Source of the DNA: an uncultured Candidatus Saccharibacteria bacterium | GTDB lineage: Bacteria > Patescibacteriota > Saccharimonadia > Saccharimonadales > Saccharimonadaceae | Direction of reading: 5' to 3' | Length of the DNA: 64,000 bases | NCBI GenBank assembly: GCA_946409745.1 | Contig: CAMJXP010000001.1 | Span: 20,498 to 84,497, forward strand | In this document: one piece after another, positions 40,285 to 49,102 of the stretch | Numbering within the stretch: position 1 is the stretch's first letter | Layout of the letters: each line of letters opens with the position of its first letter | Made by a program: the position numbers and the translations under genes | Notes under the pieces: generated by a model | Seen by the model: only the letters and a program-made list of their open reading frames with translations | Told to the model about the DNA's origin: nothing | Database searches by the model: none

Positions 40285-40508
40285 TGGACAATAATTCAAA
40301 TAAAAGTTTTCCACTAAAACTGATTGTTGCAATGCTGATAAATGCAATAATTATTGTTTTGATTTTGCCTACAATTGGTCCGTGTGGTGGAAATGGGTGC
40401 CCTGGGTTTATGAAGTTTTTTCTTATTGGACTACTGGCTTTAGCAGATTTTATTTTACTAATATGGCTGGTCATTTGGGCATCTATGAACAGAAACAGAA
40501 AACCTTGA
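40284..40508 (+). CDS. Small 2-TM protein with CGGNGC loop
   Basis: TAATG coupling to the GT39 gene; two hydrophobic helices. Confidence 0.55.
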   Translation: MDNNSNKSFPLKLIVAMLINAIIIVLILPTIGPCGGNGCPGFMKFFLIGLLALADFILLIWLVIWASMNRNRKP

Positions 40509-40527
40509 TATAGTGGTTTTAGATATA

Positions 40528-41133
40528 TTAAAAAAGGTATTCTTCCGCCGAGTTTAAGAATGCCGTAAAACTATCTCCAGAGAAATGATGGTCTGCGCCC
40601 TTTACTACATAGACTTTGGCGTATTTTGAATACTCGTCGTAGTTCTTGTAGGATGGGTCGTGATCGCCCACTAATATAATGTTTTGATTTTTGTCGCGTT
40701 CGGATAGATTTGACAGTTCGTTTTGGTCTAGTCCTGTAGCTGGATTGATTAAGAGAATTTTATCGATATAGTCATAAAGATGCGCGGTTGCACCAATCAT
40801 GTATGCGCCTAGAGAATGACCCATTACGTGCATTTTTTTGTTTTGTATACCGATATTCTTTTCAATATAATCTAAGACTTCAAATAAATTACGATAATGA
40901 TACCCCATCGGATTAGATGGATTGCTCATGCGAACCACGGTTGCTTGATATTTTTCATTAATATTTTCTGCAATGGTTTTATATTTATCCTGATAACCAT
41001 CAAGTGAGCCATCTACGCCTGGAATAATCAGAAATACGATATCAGAATTGCCAGGAATGACTGAGATATCTATGACTATTTCGTCATCGAAATAGGTTCC
41101 TTCTTGAATGTATTTAATCGTGGAATTCTTCAT
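40528..41133 (-). CDS. Alpha/beta hydrolase
   Basis: GHSLG nucleophile elbow, GDHD, GADHHF. Confidence 0.8.
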   Translation of the reverse strand: MKNSTIKYIQEGTYFDDEIVIDISVIPGNSDIVFLIIPGVDGSLDGYQDKYKTIAENINEKYQATVVRMSNPSNPMGYHYRNLFEVLDYIEKNIGIQNKKMHVMGHSLGAYMIGATAHLYDYIDKILLINPATGLDQNELSNLSERDKNQNIILVGDHDPSYKNYDEYSKYAKVYVVKGADHHFSGDSFTAFLNSAEEYLF

Positions 41134-41138
41134 TATTA

Positions 41139-41215
41139 TGGTACACCCGGAGGGATTCGAACCCACGACCCCTTGTTCCGAAGACAAGTGCTCTAATCCA
41201 CTGAGCTACGGGTGC
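41139..41215 (-). tRNA. tRNA-Arg(TCG)
   Basis: GCACCCG/CGGGTGT acceptor, CTTGT-CTTCGGA-ACAAG anticodon arm, CCA. Confidence 0.92.
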
Positions 41216-41224
41216 TTAACGAAC

Positions 41225-41301
41225 TGGTACGCCCAGGAGGATTCGAACCTCTAACCTTCAGCTCCGGAAGCTGACGCTCTATCCGGTTGAGCTATGGGCG
41301 C
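41225..41301 (-). tRNA. tRNA-Arg(CCG)
   Basis: GCGCCCA/TGGGCGT acceptor, TCAGC-TTCCGGA-GCTGA anticodon arm, CCA. Confidence 0.92.
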
Positions 41302-41389
41302 GTACCTTATATTATAACACTTTCTCTGTTATTCATAAAGCGTAGGCGTAGGGTGGGGGGTTGCAAGTTTTGTTTGTCCGTGGTTTTTC

Positions 41390-42844
41390 ATGGGCATGCA
41401 TTTAAGATTTTTGGTCTCATATATTCACCAGTCGTATTTGATGCTGGCTTTTTCTGCGGGGGTGATTTTGGGAACGATTCTCGCGTTAATTTTTAGGATT
41501 AATTATTTTGCTTCCGGTTGGTGGATTCTGGTGGTAGTGGGGTTGTTTCTCTATGCTTTTATTCGGCCGAGGGTGTTTTTGATTGTAGTGATGCTGGTCG
41601 CGGGAATGGTGCTCGCGTTTTTTAGAGCATCGACGGAATTAATCGGCGAATATTATATCCGGCAATTTTTCGATAAGACAGTGGTAGTAACCGGCATAAT
41701 TGATGGCGATCCGGAAACGGATGAAAAGGGGACGAAGATAAAGCTAACTGGGCTCGAATTTGGCGAGAGCGGTGAAGTGAAATTGGCTGGAAGCCTTTAT
41801 ATATCGGCATACAAGAATTACAAATTGGCGCGAGGAGACAAAGTGACTTTAAAAGGGAGACTCGCGAGCGGGTTTGGGACTTATGCGGGATATATGTACC
41901 GGCCGAATATTGTAAGACATCAGAGACCAGAGCCGGGTGATTTGATTTTGAAGGTTCGGAACTGGTTTTCGGACCGGATAAAGAAGTTGGTGCCGGAACC
42001 AGAAGTGAATCTCGGCATGAGTTATCTACTCGGAATGAAATCTGGGCTACCGGATGATTTAAGTGAGAACTTGAGAATCGTAGGCTTGGTCCATATCGTG
42101 GTGGCGTCGGGAGCGCATCTTTCGATTCTTGTCGAGATTGCGAAGAAGATTTTTGGGAAGATTTCGAGAGTGGCGGCGCTCTTTTTCTCGATTATTTTTA
42201 TTTTGTTTTTCATGGCGATGGTGGGGTGGACGCCGTCGATTTTAAGGGCTGGAGTGATGGCAATTCTTACTTTAATTACTTGGTTCGTGGGGCGGAAGAT
42301 TTCGCCGATAAGGATGATTGTGACGGTGATGGCGGGGACGCTTCTAATTAATCCGATGTTTGTAATTAATCTTGGCTGGCTTTTGTCGTTTGCGAGTTTT
42401 GGCGGGATTATGATTCTAGGGCCGAAACTCACGAAATTCTTTTACGGCGAGAAAAAGCCGGGATTTGTGGGAGAGACGGTGGTTACGACTTTGTCGGCCA
42501 CGCTGATGACACTTCCGATTACGCTGTATTATTACGGGACGATTTCTTTAATCTCGGTGGTGGCGAATCTTTTGATTTTGCCAACTTTGTCTTATGCGAT
42601 GGGGCTGATGTTTTTGACCGGAGTGGTTTCCGGACTGCCATTTGTTGAGACGGTAGTGGCATTTATAACGGAGAAACTACTCGAATTTCATATTGCGGTG
42701 GTGAACTTTTTTGGTTCGATGGAATATTTTTTGGTGAAGATTCCGGAGGAACAGCCGGCGGTGTTTTTAATTTATACGATAATTATGGTTCCTTTTCTAT
42801 TCGCCTTAAAGAAAAAGGTGGTACAATTTAAGCATGAACGGTAA
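41390..42844 (+). CDS. comEC: ComEC/Rec2 competence DNA channel (no C-terminal MBL domain)
   Basis: GLVHIVVASGAH, PSILRA, NP...GWLLSF, VANLLILP. Start codon uncertain. Confidence 0.88.
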   Translation: MGMHLRFLVSYIHQSYLMLAFSAGVILGTILALIFRINYFASGWWILVVVGLFLYAFIRPRVFLIVVMLVAGMVLAFFRASTELIGEYYIRQFFDKTVVVTGIIDGDPETDEKGTKIKLTGLEFGESGEVKLAGSLYISAYKNYKLARGDKVTLKGRLASGFGTYAGYMYRPNIVRHQRPEPGDLILKVRNWFSDRIKKLVPEPEVNLGMSYLLGMKSGLPDDLSENLRIVGLVHIVVASGAHLSILVEIAKKIFGKISRVAALFFSIIFILFFMAMVGWTPSILRAGVMAILTLITWFVGRKISPIRMIVTVMAGTLLINPMFVINLGWLLSFASFGGIMILGPKLTKFFYGEKKPGFVGETVVTTLSATLMTLPITLYYYGTISLISVVANLLILPTLSYAMGLMFLTGVVSGLPFVETVVAFITEKLLEFHIAVVNFFGSMEYFLVKIPEEQPAVFLIYTIIMVPFLFALKKKVVQFKHER

Positions 42845-43697
42845 CGATAGTATTATAAGAGCTATCCTAAATCAAAAGAAACAGATTTTGATGGCGGGGG
42901 TCTGGATTCTAATCGCGGAAGCGATTTTCGGATTCTTTGTAATTTTATCGCAGGTATGGGATCCACTGATTGGAAAAATCCAAGCCATTTTCTTAATTCT
43001 AGCGATTGGTATGTTTGTGAGCTTAGCGAGTTTTTCGCTGATGGAAGATAAAAATGTTCTTGTAAGAAATATGGGTGCATTGTGTTTCGCTTCATGTATG
43101 CTGGGAATAGTTCTTTGGATATTAATAATCCTCGAAGTTTTGCCGGTGGAAGTAGCCTCGAATTCAAGTACTGGTCGAGCATATGCGATGTCGATTTGGA
43201 TTAAAACGACGATTATAGCTTGGGCGACGTTTATGAGTGCTTTGATATGTGGTGCGATGGTTCGAACGGAAGAAAATAGCAATTTGATTTTGCCATTAAA
43301 ACTAACTTGTATTGTCAGTCTTGCGATTGCATATGTTCTATCAATTGTTTTAGTGATACTAGACTTTAATTTGGGGAAAAACGGAGGAGTAATAATTGCC
43401 GAGTTGATGGGCTTTTCAATTTTGGTGATGGTGATAACCGGAATCGCGACGACAAAAATTTCTAGCAATGCAAAGGAAGCCCAGAAGAAACTTAAAGCCT
43501 CGGCTGGGATGAATAATGGACCAAAAACTGACGCAGAGCTTAGAGCCGAGATTGAAGAAAAAGTTCGCAGGGAAATGATTGAAAAAGAAGTTCGTGAAGA
43601 ATTCGAAAAGCAGAAAAGAGAACAAGAAGAATTTGAACGACAAGTTGAGGCATCTGAAAATAACAACCCGAATCCTCCACAAGTGGACAATAATTAG
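42834..43697 (+). CDS. Hypothetical multi-TM protein with C-terminal coiled coil
   Basis: About 6 TMs; ELRAEIEEKVRREMIEKEVRE tail; leaderless start. Confidence 0.7.
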   Translation: MNGNDSIIRAILNQKKQILMAGVWILIAEAIFGFFVILSQVWDPLIGKIQAIFLILAIGMFVSLASFSLMEDKNVLVRNMGALCFASCMLGIVLWILIILEVLPVEVASNSSTGRAYAMSIWIKTTIIAWATFMSALICGAMVRTEENSNLILPLKLTCIVSLAIAYVLSIVLVILDFNLGKNGGVIIAELMGFSILVMVITGIATTKISSNAKEAQKKLKASAGMNNGPKTDAELRAEIEEKVRREMIEKEVREEFEKQKREQEEFERQVEASENNNPNPPQVDNN

Positions 43698-43750
43698 ATA
43701 ATATGGTAAAATTTAGGCAAGTTAAGTATTAATTTTTATTGGGAGAATTT

Positions 43751-44452
43751 ATGTCAGGACACAGTAAATGGGCAACCACCAAGCGCCAAAAAGCTGTAGT
43801 TGATGCAAAGCGCGGAGCTTTGTTTACAAAGATTGGTAACCAGATTGCGATTGCAGCAAGAGCCGGTACTGATCCTGCGATGAACCCAAGCCTTGCAATG
43901 GTGCTTGAAAAAGCTCGTCTCGCGAATATGCCGAAGGCGAACATTGAGCGCGCCATTGCCCGCGTGGCTGACAAGTCGGCAGCGGCGCTTATCGAAGAGG
44001 TTTACGAAGCCTACGGTCCTGGTGGGGTTGGTATCGTAATTGAAGTCGCGACGGACAATAAAAACCGCACAATGCCAGAGGTGCGCCATACGCTCGATAA
44101 GAATGGTGGTCGCATGGCGGAGCCGGGAAGCGTGATGTTCCAGTTTACTCGTAAAGGTGTGATTGAAATCTCTGAAAAAGGCGAGGATGCTTTAATGGTG
44201 GCACTCGAGGCTGGTGCCGAGGATGCGGTTGAAGAAGATGATTACATGGTAATTTACACTGCAGCTTCAGATCTCATGAAGGTACGTGCTGGTCTCGTGG
44301 ATGCTGGCCTTACGGTCACTTCGGCAGAACTCCAATATGTACCGAATTCTTACGTGCCAGTCGAAGGCGAAAATGCCGAGAAATTAGAGAAGTTGCTCGG
44401 GGCGATTGATGATCTTGACGATGTGACGAACGTCTACACAAATGCCGAATAA
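43751..44452 (+). CDS. yebC: YebC/PmpR family protein
   Basis: MSGHSKWATTKRQK, YEAYGPGG, TDNKNRT, DLDDVTNVYTN. Confidence 0.93.
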   Translation: MSGHSKWATTKRQKAVVDAKRGALFTKIGNQIAIAARAGTDPAMNPSLAMVLEKARLANMPKANIERAIARVADKSAAALIEEVYEAYGPGGVGIVIEVATDNKNRTMPEVRHTLDKNGGRMAEPGSVMFQFTRKGVIEISEKGEDALMVALEAGAEDAVEEDDYMVIYTAASDLMKVRAGLVDAGLTVTSAELQYVPNSYVPVEGENAEKLEKLLGAIDDLDDVTNVYTNAE

Positions 44453-44470
44453 TATGATATAATAATCTGC

Positions 44471-44556
44471 GGAAAGGTGGCCGAGTGGTTGAAGGCACTG
44501 GTCTTGAAAACCAGAGACGGAAACGTCCGCAGGTTCGAATCCTGTCCTTTCCGCCA
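44471..44556 (+). tRNA. tRNA-Ser(TGA)
   Basis: GGAAAGG/CCTTTCC acceptor, CTGGT-CTTGAAA-ACCAG, long variable arm, discriminator G, CCA. Confidence 0.93.
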
Positions 44557-44581
44557 TTTTAATATTTAAAGAGATAGATTT

Positions 44582-44686
44582 ATGGCAAGAAAAGTTACTT
44601 TGAAACCGGTTTCTAAGCAAAACCGCAACAATAATCACAAACATAGCGACAAGCGCAAACATCCACGCTTAAAGAATGGTCGTTAA
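44582..44686 (+). CDS. Small highly basic protein, 34 aa (MARKVTLKPVSKQNRNNNHKHSDKRKHPRLKNGR)
   Basis: Fills the gap between tRNA-Ser and a terminator; MA start; K/R/H-rich; below the ORF-track cutoff. Confidence 0.55.
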   Translation: MARKVTLKPVSKQNRNNNHKHSDKRKHPRLKNGR

Positions 44687-44687
44687 G

Positions 44688-44713
44688 ATAAGCCCTAGAG
44701 GGGCTTATTTTTT
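44688..44713 (+). terminator. Intrinsic terminator
   Basis: ATAAGCCC-TAGAG-GGGCTTAT followed by a T run. Confidence 0.7.
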
Positions 44714-44750
44714 ATCTTAAAAAAGCGCCGCGAGTTGCGGCGCAAGGGGG

Positions 44751-45104
44751 TTAACCTTCGAAAGTCCAATATGCCGGGTAACTTTCGTTGTAGCCGGGTT
44801 TATTAAAGGTGACTTTCCAGCCGGCTTTTCTGAAGATGGGCTCGAAGTCGAGCCAGTGTTTGTCGAAGAAATCATTTCGTTCAACAGTTTTGCCGTTGTT
44901 TCTCATGGTGGTGGTGGCTTGTTCAATTACCTCATTTTGCTCGATTATGACGCGAATGCGGGATTCTGAACAGCCTTTAACCAGCAGATGATTGACGGCC
45001 AAGATGATTTCTTCGGGGATGGTCTTTTGGTGCATCTCCTTAACTTGCTTTGGCGTAAGGGGTATTACGGGTTTATAAGGTTCAAACTCGGGTGGTTTTG
45101 TCAT
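44751..45104 (-). CDS. Hypothetical protein (117 aa), possibly phage-derived
   Basis: AGGAGG SD and TTGACTTTT promoter upstream of ATG 45104; WLDFEPIFRKAGWKV..NKPGYNESY. Confidence 0.65.
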   Translation of the reverse strand: MTKPPEFEPYKPVIPLTPKQVKEMHQKTIPEEIILAVNHLLVKGCSESRIRVIIEQNEVIEQATTTMRNNGKTVERNDFFDKHWLDFEPIFRKAGWKVTFNKPGYNESYPAYWTFEG

Positions 45105-45257
45105 GAGTACTAACCTCCTTTTAATAGAGTTACTATATATATTATGGCATAGAATATGTAAAAAGTCAATTCTATGTCTAGACAAAATAAGCATTTTGTG
45201 ATATAATAATAAGATATCGCCGGTGAGGTGGTAAATATTTATGGGGGTGAACCTTTC

Positions 45258-45938
45258 ATGAAAGCATGTATGGTAAAGCTGGGTATTTTTGTAGCGATGG
45301 TAGTGCTGCTGTTTGGTCTGACAACCTTCGGGCTTTCGGCCTCGGCAGACTACAGCAGTCCGAAGGATGACATTTATCTTACGCTTGTAAACAAGGATCA
45401 TCGGCTGCCGGTTGGCTGGGAAGACAAGATTGAGCTTGAGACGGCCTACAATTTCCAGGGTGAAGAGTTTCAGGTGGAAAGAGAAACACTGAGACATTTC
45501 GAATCACTTCGTGATGACCTGCTCCTTCAGGGTATCGACATCGAACTCGATAGTACTTATCGCACTATTGATGGGCAAATCGATGTCTGGGAGTGGTTTA
45601 GAAATGAAGGCTATTCGGATGATTATTGCTTCTCACATCTAGCGATTCCGGGCTTTTCGGAGCATCACACTGGTCTCGCCATCGACATTGGCATTATTAA
45701 AGACGGTGTCTTTATCAATGACAATGACGAGATGATTGCCGAGAGAGAAATCTTTGCAATGATTCACGAACGCCTGGCTGATCACGGTTTTATTCTGAGA
45801 TATCCGCCGGATAGAGAAAATTCGACTGGATATTCTTATGAACCATGGCATTTTCGCTATGTGGGCGAGGAACACGCAAAATTCATGACCGAATTTGGCA
45901 TGACACTCGAAGAATACTTGGAAATGTTACCAGCATGA
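45258..45938 (+). CDS. VanY-like M15B D,D-carboxypeptidase
   Basis: Signal peptide; LVNK, STYR...Q, PGFSEHHTGLAID, GFILRYP, YEPWHFRYVG; ligands intact. Confidence 0.9.
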   Translation: MKACMVKLGIFVAMVVLLFGLTTFGLSASADYSSPKDDIYLTLVNKDHRLPVGWEDKIELETAYNFQGEEFQVERETLRHFESLRDDLLLQGIDIELDSTYRTIDGQIDVWEWFRNEGYSDDYCFSHLAIPGFSEHHTGLAIDIGIIKDGVFINDNDEMIAEREIFAMIHERLADHGFILRYPPDRENSTGYSYEPWHFRYVGEEHAKFMTEFGMTLEEYLEMLPA

Positions 45939-45956
45939 ACCTTCAGTCCGCTTAAT

Positions 45957-46520
45957 TTAAGCGGACTTTTTCTTGCTGTGCTCGTGGTGATGATGTTCGT
46001 GATGAGTGTGGCCGCGCAGACCATACTGCTTAGAGATTGGATCTTTGAAAAAGAGGACGTTTGGTGGAAAGAAGGTAAAGGAAAGATAAATCATGATATC
46101 GATGATGAGCAAAAAAATTGATGCGATAACACAAAAGGACGGCAAAGGATAATAATAGTTGATGAAATGGAAAAAGACGAGTTCTGAGCAAAAGATGGTA
46201 ATGCAAAAACAAATAATATCAACAACGAGAATGGATTTTTTAGTGAAAGCAGTGTAAAGATAAAAGAGCGCCGGAATCATCACGATAATAACAGACAAAC
46301 AAAGGGCGAGGCCAACTAGTAGCTGAGCGTTCCAACCATAATGAAAACCAAGAATAATGGCCCAAATAAAGGTTGGGGTCATGGCGATTTTGATATGTTC
46401 CCAGACACTTTCGTTGACGGCGGCAAAGATAGCCACAAACCTGTTGTGGTGGCTGAATTCATAAAGAAAATGGAGAAGGGTGCCGGTAAGAATAATACCG
46501 ATAATACCAAGATACATCAT
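45957..46520 (-). CDS. DUF6512-like membrane protein with His-rich tail
   Basis: GTLLHFLYE...VNESVWEH.K, F.DP...YG; tail HTHHEHHHHEH. Confidence 0.7.
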   Translation of the reverse strand: MMYLGIIGIILTGTLLHFLYEFSHHNRFVAIFAAVNESVWEHIKIAMTPTFIWAIILGFHYGWNAQLLVGLALCLSVIIVMIPALFYLYTAFTKKSILVVDIICFCITIFCSELVFFHFINYYYPLPSFCVIASIFLLIIDIMIYLSFTFFPPNVLFFKDPISKQYGLRGHTHHEHHHHEHSKKKSA

Positions 46521-46572
46521 GCTTATATTTTAACACAAAAAAGCAAGCTTTTTTATTGCTCGCTTCCTTAAA

Positions 46573-46647
46573 TGGTAGGGCAGGTTGGAATCGAACCAGC
46601 ATTGTATCCTTAGAGGGGATATGTCCTATCCGTTGAACGACTGCCCC
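46573..46647 (-). tRNA. tRNA-Arg(TCT), atypical (C33, T-stem mismatch)
   Basis: GGGGCAG/CTGCCCT acceptor, D-loop with A20, TATCC-CCTCTAA-GGATA, TTCGATT T-loop, CCA. Confidence 0.75.
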
Positions 46648-46666
46648 GCCGTCTTTATATTATACC

Positions 46667-47416
46667 TTATTTTTCTGGTTTTCTCAACTTGTAATAGATA
46701 GATGGAGCGAAACGAATTGGGGCAAGGGCGGTCTGAGCGGCCTCTTCCATCTTGACGAGATTATTAGTCTTAAAGACTTTTTTTAGAGTTTTGCTGCGGA
46801 AGTTGGAAACGGAAAGCACACGTTCGCGCTTGAAACCGGTTTTATTAAAGATTTCTTCAACGTATTTTGGGTGATAGTTATAGAAACCATCAGCAGAGAT
46901 TTCTTTGTAATTAGCAACTTCTTTACTAAATGGATTAACTTTGGAACGGAAGGTGACATAGCGGACCATTTTTGGCAGAGTGCGCTTGTTAGCAACTTCA
47001 ATGACAGCGACACCACCTGGCTTTAGTACGCGATAAAGTTCGGCAATTGCTTTTGGCATGTCTTTTAGGTGATGAGTTACGCGGATCATCATGAGGCCAT
47101 CAAGCTCGTTGTCTTTAAACGGAAGTTTGTAAATATCGCCAGCTTTGGTTTCAATCTTGTCACCATAGATTTCTTTGGCTTGAGCGAGTTCAGTTTTGGA
47201 ATAATCGAAAATGTAAACCTTGCGCGCACGCTTCAAATATTCGTTGGCGAGACGGCCGTAGCCACCGCCGATGTCGGCAAACTTTTCCATGCGCTTTGGG
47301 AGCAGACGACGAATCGCCATGCGATCGGCTTGGTCTTCGTATTCGCGATCAACATTTTCCCAGAATTCTTTTTTGTAGTCGTAACCATTATAGTCAGAAA
47401 TAACTTTTTCACTCAT
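46667..47416 (-). CDS. Class I SAM-dependent methyltransferase
   Basis: ADIGGGYGR, GDIYKLPF, RVLKPGG. Confidence 0.88.
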   Translation of the reverse strand: MSEKVISDYNGYDYKKEFWENVDREYEDQADRMAIRRLLPKRMEKFADIGGGYGRLANEYLKRARKVYIFDYSKTELAQAKEIYGDKIETKAGDIYKLPFKDNELDGLMMIRVTHHLKDMPKAIAELYRVLKPGGVAVIEVANKRTLPKMVRYVTFRSKVNPFSKEVANYKEISADGFYNYHPKYVEEIFNKTGFKRERVLSVSNFRSKTLKKVFKTNNLVKMEEAAQTALAPIRFAPSIYYKLRKPEK

Positions 47417-47435
47417 ATATATTATTATACCATAA

Positions 47436-49058
47436 TTAAATGACGCGGGAAATTTCGGAGAGAGTGGTGTCGCCACGGAGAGCGGCGATAATACCTTTTT
47501 GTTCCAAGGTCAGCATGCCGTTTTTCTTAGCGGCTTCTTCAATGGCTTCAGTATGAATGTCGGCGACGTCGCCACGAATGAATCTTTGAATGTCTTCGGT
47601 CACGATCATTTGCTCCATAATCACGACACGGCCGTTGTAACCAAACGGATGTTCTTCGGTTGGAACTGGATCATAGAGTGTAATGTGATCGAGATTATCA
47701 ACTGGAAGTTTAGTGGCTGGAACGTCTTTTAGAACTTTCTTGATGTAGTTTACTTCGGCTTCGGTGGCTTCACGCGGAGTTTTGTCGTCAGAAAGTTTTC
47801 GGACGAGGCGCTGCGCCACAATCAAACGAATGGAGCTTGCAAAAATTGGGTTCACGCCAATTAAATCAATCATCCTGGAGAAGGCAGCGGAAGTTGAGTT
47901 CGCGTGGAAGGATGAAAGCACCAAGTGACCAGTAATCGAGGCCTGGATAGCGGTCTTTGCCGTATCGCCATCGCGAATTTCGCCAACCATCACGACGTCT
48001 GGGTCGAGACGGAGCACGGAACGGAGGCCTTCGGCGAAGGAACCACCGGAGTTGGTATTAATTGGAATTTGCGAAATGCCGGTGATGCCGTATTCGATTG
48101 GATCCTCAAGGGTAATAATTTTACGGTCAGAGGTATTGAGAGCGTTTAACATTGAATAGAGCGTAGTAGATTTACCAGAGCCCGTAGGACCGACCATTAA
48201 GACCATGCCACGTGGGTGGGAAATCACTTCGTCGATTTCGTGACGCTCTTCATCGGAAAGACCAAGGAGATCGAGGTTCAGAAGCGATTCGTCAAAGTTA
48301 AAGAGACGAAGCACGGCGTCTTGGCCATACATGGTTGGAATTGTTTCAACACGAATGTTTAAAGTGTGAGTCGCATTGTCACGAGTGATTTCTTTTTGCA
48401 TGTGGCCGGACTGCGGTTTGTTTGAAGCAGTCGAAACATTGGCGCGGGAGCTCAGCTCGCCCATGAAGATACGATATTTATCTTTATCGATGTTCGCGAC
48501 TGGGTGGAGTAAACCATCCACACGCATACGAATGCGAATTTCGTCTTGCATGTTTTCGATGTGAATATCGGAAGCACCGAGTTTGTCGGCTTGATCAATC
48601 AAAAAGTCGAAAATGCGTTCGGTTGAGACGGTATTCAAAGTTTGCGAGACGGCAGTAATGGTTTCGGAATCGCCTTCGCCAGCAATTTTAATATCGTCAT
48701 AAACAATTTCTTTTGGCGGATCGTAGCGGAGCATTAGGAATTTGTAGGCAGAATTGGAAATTAGAAAGAAGTCGACACGTTCGCCACGAGCAGTGTAATC
48801 ATCGCGCATTTTACTAATTAAGGAGCGCGGGGTTTGGCTCGTAACTAAGAATTGGAAGTGCTCTTCACCGCCACCTTTGTGAAGTGGCAAAATAAAATCA
48901 CTATGCATTTGATTGATTTGAAGGAGACCCTGAACTAAAGGAATGTTTTCTTCAAATGGACGGGTATCAAGATAAGGGAGACCGAGAATTCTGGCCCGGT
49001 CGGCAGTAGATTGCTCCTCATTTTCGCGGCGCTTCAACTGAATAGATGCTTCATCCAT
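47436..49058 (-). CDS. pilB: PilB/GspE-family type IV pilus assembly ATPase
   Basis: ASDIHIE, GPTGSGKSTT, TLEDPIE, LRLDPDVVMVGEIRD, TGHLV, AQRLVR. Start set 6 nt after TGCTATAAT. Confidence 0.88.
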   Translation of the reverse strand: MDEASIQLKRRENEEQSTADRARILGLPYLDTRPFEENIPLVQGLLQINQMHSDFILPLHKGGGEEHFQFLVTSQTPRSLISKMRDDYTARGERVDFFLISNSAYKFLMLRYDPPKEIVYDDIKIAGEGDSETITAVSQTLNTVSTERIFDFLIDQADKLGASDIHIENMQDEIRIRMRVDGLLHPVANIDKDKYRIFMGELSSRANVSTASNKPQSGHMQKEITRDNATHTLNIRVETIPTMYGQDAVLRLFNFDESLLNLDLLGLSDEERHEIDEVISHPRGMVLMVGPTGSGKSTTLYSMLNALNTSDRKIITLEDPIEYGITGISQIPINTNSGGSFAEGLRSVLRLDPDVVMVGEIRDGDTAKTAIQASITGHLVLSSFHANSTSAAFSRMIDLIGVNPIFASSIRLIVAQRLVRKLSDDKTPREATEAEVNYIKKVLKDVPATKLPVDNLDHITLYDPVPTEEHPFGYNGRVVIMEQMIVTEDIQRFIRGDVADIHTEAIEEAAKKNGMLTLEQKGIIAALRGDTTLSEISRVI

Positions 49059-49102
49059 ACCCATATTATAGCATAAGCATTAAACGGTGGTATAATAATT
49101 AC

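Noticed and set aside
41134-41187. N-terminal extension of the alpha/beta hydrolase
   Set aside because: Overlaps tRNA-Arg(TCG); start moved to ATG 41133.
42872-43690. 272-aa minus-strand ORF
   Set aside because: Antisense to the membrane protein 42834-43697, which has a proper promoter and start.
45105-45497. Long N-terminal extension of ORF 44751-45497
   Set aside because: Crosses a promoter region and the divergent VanY gene; a strong AGGAGG supports ATG 45104.
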